From NCBI GenBank assembly GCA_951406725.2, contig OX597817.1, positions 86,614,001 through 86,678,000 on the forward strand: a stretch of 64,000 bases of DNA. Direction: 5' to 3'. The notes under the pieces are model-generated. The model was not told the origin of the DNA. It did not search any database and saw only the letters and a program-made list of their open reading frames with translations. Position numbers and translations under genes: made by a program. Numbering within the stretch: position 1 is the stretch's first letter; each line of letters opens with the position of its first letter. The stretch is from Octopus vulgaris. Lineage: Eukaryota. Shown in pieces: positions 53,465 through 64,000 of this stretch.

Positions 53465-53667
53465 TCTTGCCAAGCAGGAGGAGAGTCATTCGCTCCCTTA
53501 CTCACAAGATATCGGACACAGGTTGTGTGTCGTTAACCAGCTGAAAAAGACGTTTTCTTGGAGTTAAAATGTAGTAACATAGTTCTTTATTGAACAGCCA
53601 TGTTATAGTTTAAAAAAAAAACGTTACCGTCTAGTATTGGAGATTTTAGAACTAGCTATTTTGCTCG

Positions 53668-53737
<70 letters not shown>

Positions 53738-53829
53738 GTGTGTGTATGTGTGTATTCAGTTTGAATCCAAAGTTTTTTTGTATTTTAAGCTTAATTAACA
53801 GTTCAAATATATTACATAGGAAAATTGTT

Positions 53830-54200
53830 TATTCATAAAAATATATCCCATCATATTTTATTGACCGTTACTATCGTTGTGCCAGAAGCTCAAATCCATG
53901 ATTATACCATTTGGCTGGTTGAGAGGCAAAAAGCTCCCTGCACAATGTTTTCAACCTCATCCACTTTGCTGAACTTCTGTTCCTGCAGGAAATGAGCCAT
54001 GGCTCGGTTAAAGGTGGTGATCTGATGGTGCAAGGTCTGGATTGTGGGCAGAATGAGGCAGCATTCCCTCAAGTTGGCGCTAGGTCACATTGGTAGTGTG
54101 TACTAGAGCATTATCATACTGTAAGAGTGTGCGTCTTCGATTGACCAATAGCGAGTAGCGGGCTTTAAAAACATCATATACTTGCTGCAGTTGTTGCAGA
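53830..54200 (-). pseudogene. Mariner transposase C-terminal remnant
   Basis: Manual translation: YDNA..H, LPHSAHNPDLAPSDHHL, DGIYF. Confidence 0.75.
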
Positions 54201-54720
54201 TCTATTTTTTTATCCCGTTACAATTCGACGTCAAAAACGAGCATCTCAAAGATTCGCCAACAATTCTTTTCAAATGTTCACATGTTATTAAGCCTGGAAA
54301 TTGGTCAGTTCATGAGGAGCTTCTCGACAGCGTATGTTAACAAAGGTGACTTTATGGAGGTGTCCATTGCTGGTAGTGAATTTTTTTTTTTTTTTTGCGC
54401 CAAAATCAGGACAGCCTCAATGTGAAAAATACTAATCAGGAGCAAATATTCAGGATCGAAAATTTAAATGGATATTGATATTGCTATTATTATAGAAAGC
54501 AATGTAAACAGTTGATAATAACAGCAACATTACTATAGGTTATTGCAGGCCTAAAACGGCATTATATAGCTATAGGATTAAAATTATATCAATCATAAGG
54601 ACGCACGAATACGTCTACCTGCTAGAGATAAGAGGTAAAACCCTCGTTCAAACCACCAAAAATAACACTGAAAATAATAACAATTTGTCTAGTAATATCA
54701 GTTCCTTGATATTAGTACAC

Positions 54721-54771
54721 ACGTGAACCGGTTTCTGGTTTGATATAACAATCTTACCTTAATCAGCACGT
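54721..54771 (-). ncRNA. Hammerhead motif (G8U) inside ~72-bp inverted repeats (54611-54682 / 54836-54907)
   Basis: Reverse complement: ACGTG-CTGATtA-aGGT..ACCa-GAAA-CCGG-TT-CACGT. Confidence 0.62.
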
Positions 54772-55029
54772 ATTAACCGTTTAAAAAATTTCCCACTCCG
54801 CCACGTTGAAATCCGCTGACGTCCTGAATTGATTCTGTTAATATTTTCAGCGTTATTTTTTATGGTTAGAACGAGGGTATTAAGTTTTATCTCTAGCAAG
54901 TAGAGGTAGCCGTGCGACCTAGCCAGTGGGAGTGGCGTCATCTAAGGCTAAAATGATGCAAAGCGCATTGTGACCAGCAATGTGTAACAACATCTGATAG
55001 TTTGGATGGTCACGTGATCACATGATCGC

Positions 55030-55060
<31 letters not shown>

Positions 55061-55081
55061 TGTGTGTGTCTGTGTGTGTGT

Positions 55082-55130
<49 letters not shown>

Positions 55131-55345
55131 TAAATAATAAGGGTAGAAATTGATGTTAATCAATTAAAACCAGTGGCTTAACATATTTAAAAATCCGAAG
55201 ATTAAAAATTGTGAAATATACAAAATTAAGAAGAATGACCACTAAAGAGAACACCCTATATGCTAAACATAGACGTCAAATCGCCATTCATTCCTCTTAA
55301 TTTTGTATGTAGCACAATTTTTAATCTTTGGATTTTTAAATATGC

Positions 55346-55944
55346 TATTTTTCATTCCCTTCAAGAATTTATCCCTAATTAGTGGTTTGAAGTTTAGCTG
55401 TTCTTTCTAGCGTAAAGGATTCCTATGATGGAAACCTCTTAATGTGTTTAAATGTACACAGTATTTTATATGAATAATATATAGTCTATTGACTAATTTT
55501 TCTATACGCTAGGCCACTGGTAGTAAAATTTCTGAAAACTTTATTACCCTGATATTATTAATTATGTACAATGATTTCTGGTAGATTCGTTCGAGGAATT
55601 TGCCGGAAACTTTTTGCTGCCGACAAAAAATACTGCGCTTGCGTGGTGAATTTGAAAGAAATTAAAATGTATAAGCAATGAAGCACAAGCTAGATTGGCC
55701 TCGTTATATATATATTTAGTCTTTGGCGTCCCTGTTGATGAAGACTTCGACTGGTAAATTATTTTATTTACTAAAATAAGTCAGAAACCATGGTCCAGGA
55801 AAGAGATGGTAAATATTTTTATTTTTCATTCCCTTCCAGAGTCTATCCCAAATTAGTGGTTTGGAGTTTAGCTGTTCTGTCTAGCCTAAAAGATTCCTAT
55901 GATGGAAACCTCTTGATGTGTTTAAATGTACACTGTATTTTATA
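55346..55944 (+). mobile_element. Tandem pLTR-like repeats (125 bp, 474-bp period) bracketing an HHR
   Basis: 55346-55470 matches 55820-55944. Confidence 0.75.
55731..55799 (+). ncRNA. Type I hammerhead motif (C3U)
   Basis: CCTG-tTGATGA-aGACTT..AAGTCa-GAAA-CCATGG-TC-CAGG. Confidence 0.7.
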
Positions 55945-55946
55945 TA

Positions 55947-56058
<112 letters not shown>

Positions 56059-56069
56059 TTATTTATTTA

Positions 56070-56230
56070 TTTATTTTATAGAAGGAGCTTCTACAGGACT
56101 AGAATTGTTTCATTCAATGAAACAGTTCTAGTCCTGTAGAAGCTCCTTCTATAAAATAAATTAATTTACTCTGCTATGTATTGAGTACCTTATTTACTGT
56201 GGTTAACCCCGACTCAACCCGGGACCTACA
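56070..56230 (+). mobile_element. Minimal fold-back copy of the 991-5499 PLE terminus
   Basis: 45-bp arms around C56115 (1 mismatch) plus the same ~70-bp tail as 5429-5499; lies in (TA)n. Confidence 0.9.
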
Positions 56231-56286
56231 TATATATATGAATATATACATACATGAATATATATCTGAATATATATATATATGTA

Positions 56287-56383
<97 letters not shown>

Positions 56384-56431
56384 TTGTATATATATCTGAA
56401 TGTGTATATATATATATATATATATAAAATA

Positions 56432-56534
<103 letters not shown>

Positions 56535-56556
56535 GTATATATATATATAGATGGCC

Positions 56557-56619
56557 AGATAACCGAAGAGATTGTGTTGTGGATTTCCACTTCGGCATCT
56601 GAAACTCAGAGTTTTATCT
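56557..56619 (+). ncRNA. Type I hammerhead motif (U4C)
   Basis: AGATAA-CcGAAGA-GAT..GTGG/CCAC..ATCt-GAAA-CTCaGAG-TT-TTATCT. Confidence 0.7.
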
Positions 56620-56752
56620 TGACTATTGAGTAAATGTAACATATTATTTTATAGATAAATTTCCTCTATTTACATAATATTGAGGTCTCTTTCTTTCTTT
56701 TGTTATCTTACCGTTTTTACCAATATATAAATATATATATATATATGAATTA

Positions 56753-56805
<53 letters not shown>

Positions 56806-57125
56806 TATATTCAGATATATATATATGCATATATATATATATTCATATATATATATATATATATATTCAAATATTAATTACAATAATAAAGGATAAAATC
56901 AATAACTTGATCAGGTATCCAGTGCGGAAATAAAAACATTATAGGTAAATTTTACAAATATTTTCTACTTATATACATAATTATACCATGGAATTGGCTT
57001 TATGCTTCACCACGCATCGCAAGAAATAGACCTTAAAGTCCTTTTTGCCACCTTAAAATCTCCGAGAATAACACACTATATTGTAGGCAAGCAAAAGAAA
57101 AATAATGAATCAACAAAGCTGGTTA

Positions 57126-57188
57126 ACTGTGTACGCGTTTCAAACTTAAAGTAAGAAAAATTTTACTTACTGTAATCATCAGCTCAAT
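57126..57188 (-). ncRNA. Type I hammerhead ribozyme
   Basis: Reverse complement: ATTGaG-CTGATGA-..AAGTAA/TTACTT..-GAAA-CGCG-TA-CaCAGT; GUA triplet. Confidence 0.7.
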
Positions 57189-59168
57189 ATTCCATGTAAA
57201 GTCACGAGTATCTCAAAATATGCATACTTCCAGCGTCATAAAAAGACCAATATCAATCCACACTCACAAAAATAAACTGCCGAGTATAATTCATATATAT
57301 ATATATATATATGAGTATTTTCCATGTAACAGCGTCCTGATTTTCAAGTAGAAAAGATCCCCTGCTCAGAGCCTCAAGATTGCTTCAAGAAACAAAGCGT
57401 GTTTTAAAACCAGCCTAAACACATGTTTCCACAAAAAAAAAACAATATTGTATCTTTATACTGTGTACATTAAATGATATTTATCTCTCACTGGAGGGAG
57501 TACTTTTTTGTTGATATTACCTTAACGGAACAGTAAACTACATATGTGTATATGTATGCATGTATGTGTGTATGTATGTATGTATGTATGTATGTATGTA
57601 TGTATGTATGTATGTATGTATGTATACATGCATGTATGTACGTATGTATGTATGCATGATTACGTATGTATGTCATTCAGTTTTATTTCTAGATTCCTTG
57701 CCAACAGAGAAAGAGCCGGTTTCTAACCTAAATCTTGCTTCATTGGAATTTCAACAACATCAACAGGGTTGATGTATGTCTGTATATTTGTATGTATGTA
57801 TGTATGTATGTATGTATGTATGTATGTATGTATAAGAGTTTTCCTCTACAGTCTGTCCCATCCATACAATACATTCTAAAATGCAATATTCTTAGAACTG
57901 AATCAAGAGGTTTCTTCCTTTTACTCTGACTGACGGAATTCTTTACGTCGTATATCGATGATATTCAATGGTTCTGGAATTTAAAACACTAGTTTATTTG
58001 GGTGTCTGTCTTTAAGAATTTGTAAATTAAATCATTCAAGGCAGTATGTCTTTTCCTGAAGAATTTTCAAGCACTGTTCTCGAACATTAATTGAGTGTAC
58101 CTAAATGCGGAAACTTGCTTGCTAAAATTGCCAATTATGCAGATGGTATTAAAGTATCATTAAAAGTTAAATCAACAGTAATGAGAGATTTTAGTCGGCA
58201 ATTAGATCAATGAGAGAAGTTGTTTTTCAGAGTAGGCAGTAGTATATTGCTTCGTATGGAGTGGATGTGTTCGTGGGAGAAGTTAACAAGTTTAGTAATG
58301 AATGTCGCCAGTTTTCATAGTGTAATAGGTTAAAATACTTTAAATAATGTGCAATTAGTATTTGATTCAAAGATTACAGTCTTTCATAAATAAATATATA
58401 AATAGATATCAAAGCATTTAATAGTTACTTTTTATGTTGAGAAAAGAAAGGGTTTGTCATACTTCGCAACTATAGACGCAGACACTCAGAGTTTATCGGA
58501 ACAAATTTAATATTGAAGTGATTCTAAGAGTAGATGGAAAATAATTTTTTATCTTTTAGAGTGAAAGAGCTGCCGACGAAATATATATAGTGACTGATTG
58601 CATAGGTCACCAAAATGATTTTCAAACATGTTTTCCAAATGCATCGTTAAGTATATAGCATCATTTAAAAACTTGCAGCAATATTTCAATAAACTATTTA
58701 TTATCTTTAGAATTGTGGAACAATTGTAATGAACCAATCTCCCTTGAGCAACATTTGGCCTGCATTAAAATTTGAAATTGCTCTCCTATAAAATCTTTAT
58801 TTAAAAAAAAAACGTTCAAGTTTTAAAACAAAAAAAATAGTGCCATATAAATTGTATATCTATGTACGAATTTGTGAAATTAGAAAGTCATTAATTTTCT
58901 CAATAGTGATGTGCTTCAAAAAGCACAGATTCCCTAGCTACTTCCTGCAATTCCACACTCGTATAACAATAGTTCTTCAACTGTGGCGCCATATGTATAC
59001 GATAATCTTGAATTTGTTGAAAATTTTGGGTATTTTTTGAAGGATCAAGTTTTAAATATATATCTATTGTGGTTTCAAAATAATCATTAAAGAAGAGAAA
59101 TACAATTAGTGTTTGGGAAATGGACGTTTTGTTTGTTTTGTTTTTTAAGAGAATTTTTAAGAGAATAT

Positions 59169-59589
59169 AGGCATCGGAGTGACTGTGTGGAAAGTAGCTT
59201 GCTTACCAACAACATGGTTCCGGGTTCAGTCCCACTGCGTGGCACCTTGGGCAAGTGTCTTCTACTATAAACTGGGGCCGACCACAGCCTTGTGAGCGGA
59301 TTTGGAAGACAGAAACTGAAAGAAGCCCGTCGTATATATGTATATATGTATGTGTGTATATGCTTGTGTGTGTATATGCTTGTGTGTCTGTGTTTGTCCC
59401 CCAACATCGCTTGACAACCGATGCTGGTGTGTTTACGACCCCGTCACTTAGCGGTTCGGCAAAAGAGACCGATAGAATAAGTATTAGGGCTTACAAAGAA
59501 TAAATCCTGGTGTAGATTTGCTCGACTAAAGGCGGTGCTCCAGCATGGTCACAGTCAAATTACTGAAGCAAGTAAAAGAGTAAAAGAGA
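59169..59589 (+). mobile_element. SINE family A, full length
   Basis: Runs from head to AAAAGAGTAAAAGAG tail. Confidence 0.9.
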
Positions 59590-59642
59590 ATTTTTTTTAT
59601 TGTGGGAAAGAAATGTTTCGATGCAGAAAATAAAGCAAATCT

Positions 59643-59890
59643 CTTACTTTTTATCTTTTATTTGTTTCATTCATTGGACTGCAGCAATGCTAAGGTAATG
59701 CCTTGAAGGATTTAAAGGAACGAATCGACCCCATATTACATATATTTTTAGCCTTGTATTTATTCTATCGTTGTCTTAGCCGAACCGCTAAGTTAGGGGA
59801 GTGTAAACATACCAGCACCAGACGTCGAGCGGTTGTAGAGGGACAAATACAAACACACACACACGCACACAAACACGAATATATATATAT
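59643..59890 (-). mobile_element. SINE family A 3' part, diverged
   Basis: GCCGAACCGCTAAGTTAGGGG..GTAAACA. Confidence 0.65.
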
Positions 59891-60078
59891 ATATATATAT
59901 AGTGGCGATGTATGTATGTGTGTATGTTTGTGTGCATGGCTGTGTGGTAACAACCTTGCTTCCCAACCACATATATATATAACGGGAAAGTTTACGAAAA
60001 TAAACAAAAGACGAAGGCAGGTGGAGTACAAACAAACAAATGTATTAGTATAGCGCTCAGGAATAGAAATAGAAAAAG

Positions 60079-60116
60079 TCTTTTACGTTTCGAGCCTACG
60101 CTCTTCGACAGAAAGA
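60079..60116 (-). ncRNA. Ultra-minimal hammerhead-like motif with CUGUCGA core
   Basis: Reverse complement: TCTTT-CTGTCGA-aGAGCgtagGCTC-GAAA-CG-TA-AAAGA. Confidence 0.65.
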
Positions 60117-60389
60117 TACACAGAAAAAAAAACAAGAAGAGAAACAAGGAGAGAAAAAATGCGTGTAGATGTATATATATATATATAATTATTAATTTAA
60201 TATGAAAATTGCTTACTTCCATACTGACTACCTCATAATAATCATTAACGTGATTTTTTTCCTTATTTTATTAATATATATATATCAGGCTGGACGTTTT
60301 GTTTGTTTTGTTTTTTAAGAGAATTTTTAAGAGAATATAGGCATCGGAGTGACTGTGTGGTAAGTAGCTTGCTTACCAACAACAATGAA

Positions 60390-60972
60390 TGAACAGTAAG
60401 CAACGTTATGAAACATGAAATTCATCACAATGTATTTCAGCAATGCGGAAATTTTATTCATCAAAGTAAGTACCATTACTATCAAGAGATGTTTGCCAGC
60501 GAGTTACAAGTAACATAAAAATCTGGAGTACTAGAGCTGATGAACTCTTTGAATGCATTTTCAGCATCGGTTTGATTTTTGAACTCCTTCTCTCGCAGAA
60601 TACCTTCAAGGTGCTTGAAAAAGTGGTAGTCGGTAAAAGAAATGTCTGGGGAATTAGCTGCGTGAGGAAGAACTTCGTAGCCAAATTCTCTCAACTTCTT
60701 GAACGTTGTTAGCAAAACGTGTGGTCGCGCATTGTCATGAAGAATGATTTTCCCTCTTCTGTTGACCAGTCCAGGACAGAAGAGTAGCAGTTTTTCGTTC
60801 ATTTTGGCAATTTCATGGCAATATGTTTCTGCAGTAATGGTTTTACCAGGTTTTAAAGAGTTACGGTCCAGCAGTACACCACAGAACAGTCACCATAACT
60901 TTCACTTTTGAAGAGCTCGGGTTTAGGGAAGGTTTTCGGCACTTCATTTTGATCCAACCACTGCGAAGAACA

Positions 60973-61003
<31 letters not shown>

Positions 61004-61643
61004 GTACAGAATCCACTTTTCATCGCAAGTTACAATACAGATGAGAAATGGATCGGTCAGGATAAGGAGAAGAAGCAACGAGTAAATTTCATATCTTCGC
61101 GTTTTCTGATTTTCATTCAAATCGTTTCGTACCCATTTGTCGAGCATTTTTGATTTTCTGATCGCATGCAAATGGTCGCAGTCAGTTTTCTGGCTAACTT
61201 GAAGTTCTTGAGTGGTTTTACGTGTATTTTTCTCGGTGACGGTCTTTAATTGACCGTCATTGGTGACAGATGGGTGTCCACTACACTCATGATCTTCAAG
61301 GCTCAGATTTCCACTGCGAAACCGTTTAAACTATTTTCGAGCTGACCACTCACTGGTCATTTCCTCGCCAAACATTTCTTTGATATAGCGAGCAGTTTCA
61401 GTTGCTTTACATTTTTTTCATGTTGAATAGCAAAATTGCTCGAATATTGCGCTTTGACAGTTCCATTTCAGATGATTATAACAGCGGGGAAAAAATATCA
61501 ATGTTAATTTATTGATGCATTTGGGCAAGTTTATGTCTGTATTATCAGACAATTGCAAAACGATACTTAAATAAAATTCAAAACTCTGAAAAATCCGGTA
61601 CAAATTCTTCATGGTTCAAAACGTTGCTTACTTTTTACTCAAC

Positions 61644-61647
<4 letters not shown>
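60390..61647 (-). mobile_element. Mariner (DD34D) transposon, decayed
   Basis: TIR core AGTAAGCAACGTT.TGAA.CATGAA at ~60395 and, inverted, at ~61607-61632; right end lies in (TA)n. Confidence 0.85.
60454..61466 (-). pseudogene. Mariner transposase pseudogene (frameshifted)
   Basis: MELSKRNIR.., DKWVRNDL, IVTCDEKWILY, LHDNARPH, SPDISFTDYHFF, GTYFDE. Confidence 0.9.
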
Positions 61648-61689
<42 letters not shown>

Positions 61690-62018
61690 TACCGAAATAT
61701 GAGAACTTTAACACGAAATATTTTCGTAAACATAAACTTTTCTCAAAAACGCTAAATGTGTTTTATATGACACATTCTACCAGTATACGAAAAATTAATT
61801 TCTAAATCTGCCGGTCAAACGGTAAAGATCCGGACTTTCTGTTACTGGATCTTAATCTGTATAAGAAGTTGGAGTTTACGAATTTGATCAGTCCGAACAC
61901 TTATTTGGTGCTTATCCTAAGGTTGGACAAGCGTCTTCTCGCCCGAAAATGAACACGCGTGCGCGCACATATATGCAGATAGAAAGAAAGAAAAACAAAT
62001 AAAGATAGATACATAAAA

Positions 62019-62240
62019 TGAAACTGGATCTCTTCTTGTCAGGTATCCCAGATGAACCAACTTCACGGCAGGAGGTGCAGATGAGGGCAGCTGCATCGAA
62101 CTCTCTCATGCACCAAATGGCAGTTGCTAAAAAGCATTCGTGAAGTAAAACCATGTAGCAACACCAGATGGCGGTGCCCAAGATTGGCCACAGCTCGTGA
62201 GCTGAAACTAGATAAAATAAAATAAAATAAATAAATAAAA
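62019..62240 (+). mobile_element. 3' end of a CR1/Jockey-group LINE
   Basis: KLDLFLSGIPDEP C-terminal motif followed by GGCGGTGCCC..GGCCACAGCTCGTGAGCTGAAAC and (TAAAA)n. Confidence 0.65.
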
Positions 62241-62299
62241 TAAAATAGGTAATATATATATATACCTAAATGCATATATGATATACATTTGTGTGTGTG

Positions 62300-62334
<35 letters not shown>

Positions 62335-62344
62335 CATGGACTCT

Positions 62345-62622
62345 CCCGTCGTTAAGCGATATATGAGGCTTCGGCACTTGCCAAGCAGCCTCACAGATAA
62401 TTTGTTTATAGTGATCAAAAGTTTGTGTTCACATAAGCTTGTTCCCTTCATCAAATTGACATTACCTGTACAGGGGCACCGTGTGCCACATGTCAGATAC
62501 CGAAGTGATCGCAGAGCAACATGAAATAAAGTACTTTGCTCAAGAACACAACGCAACGGTCTGGGAATCTAAACCACGATCTTACATTCGTGAGTATAGC
62601 ACCCTAAACACTAAGCTATGCA
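62345..62622 (-). mobile_element. SINE family C, diverged
   Basis: GAGCAACATGAAATAAAGT..TGCTCAAGAACACAACGC. Confidence 0.7.
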
Positions 62623-62650
62623 CCAAATATATGTGTATGTGTGTGTGTAT

Positions 62651-62881
62651 TTTACTCATTTATTTGTTTCATTCATTTGACTGCGGCCATGCTGGAGCAC
62701 CGCCTTTAGTCCTGAAAATCGACCTCAGGACTTATTCTTCGTAAGCCTACAACTTATTCCCTAGTACTTATTCTATCGGCCTCGGGGACGTAAACACACG
62801 AGCATCCGTTGTCAAGCGATGTTGGGGGGACAAACACAGACAAACAAACATACACACATATATATATATATACATACATAC

Positions 62882-62931
<50 letters not shown>

Positions 62932-63100
62932 ATATACGACGGGCTTCCTTCAGTTTCCGTCTACCAAATCCACTCACAAGGCTTTGGTCGGCCCGAGGCT
63001 ATAGTAGAAGACACTTGCCCTAGGTGCCACGCAGTGGGACTGAACCCAGAACCATGTAGTTGGTAAGCAAGCTACTTACCACACAGCCACTCCTACGCCT
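62651..63100 (-). mobile_element. SINE family A
   Basis: Collinear with the other copies, with a small internal deletion. Confidence 0.9.
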
Positions 63101-63137
63101 ATTTTATATATATTATATATATTATATGCGTGTGCGA

Positions 63138-63190
<53 letters not shown>

Positions 63191-63942
63191 CATACAAACG
63201 TACATAAATACACACACAGCCATACATACATATACATACATACATACATACATACATACATACATACATACATACATACATACATACATACATACATACA
63301 TGTATCATCAGCCACATCGAGGTTGCTATATTATCACCTGGTCCAAATCTGCCACAACTATCCTGCTAGCCTTCTACGATTACGACCAACGTCTACTATT
63401 TCTGTTACCGACAACGCAGCTTTCATAGCGAGAGCTCGTTATCGTTACGACTACCACCACATTTATTTATAGCATTGACAAACCAACAAACAAACAAAAA
63501 TTAATAATCCGAACATTTATTGCTAATATCCTCCTTTTTCGGTGTGTCTTTGTCTTGCCATTTGCGCGTATCAAAACCATTATAAATAATTGTTTTAAAA
63601 GTCGCTATATCAAAGCCATCATAAATATCATTTCTTTCGTGCCATCAATTGATAATTTAAACAGGTTGATTGGGTCAAAGGCGGAAAAAAAAATGTTAGG
63701 CTTTGAAACGGCTTAACCTCCTGATAAGTCTAAAAATATATTACAATAACAATAACGTGAGGAGAATGAAGCGTAACAAGTCAAGGTGGACAGGCTAACA
63801 GCTAATTGAAATAATTCTCTCTCACCATCTCTCTCTCTCCTTCTCTTCTTTCTCTCTCTCCTCTCCTCGTCTATCTCTCTCCATTCGTCTTTCTCACTCT
63901 CTCCTTATGTATGTATATATATATATATATATACACACACAC

Positions 63943-64000
<58 letters not shown>

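Noticed and set aside
61820-61900. CTGATCA..GAAAGTCCGGATC on the minus strand
   Set aside because: The stems are inconsistent with the HHR topology.

Overview
Eukaryotic, AT-rich, microsatellite-saturated non-coding DNA. The SINE families and repeat landscape resemble an octopus (coleoid cephalopod) genome; this is an inference. No host protein-coding gene can be supported, and nearly all ORFs in the track are translations of (TA)n/(CA)n/(TATG)n. The window is a dense transposon graveyard: three tRNA-headed SINE families (about 30 copies), L1/Tx1, R4/Dong-type and CR1/Jockey-type LINE fragments, mariner, Tc1, Tigger, hAT/Buster and Helitron elements. The main hidden signal is a Penelope-like element (PLE) and hammerhead ribozyme (HHR) system. 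It includes a Naiad-type GIY-YIG PLE with an inverted pseudo-LTR (991-5499), an older relative (27449-30270) and a minimal fold-back copy (56070-56230). About 12 type I hammerhead motifs from several distinct small non-coding families can be folded by eye, most with palindromic stem III and some with variant catalytic cores. One retrozyme-like unit has both of its junctions at the predicted self-cleavage site.
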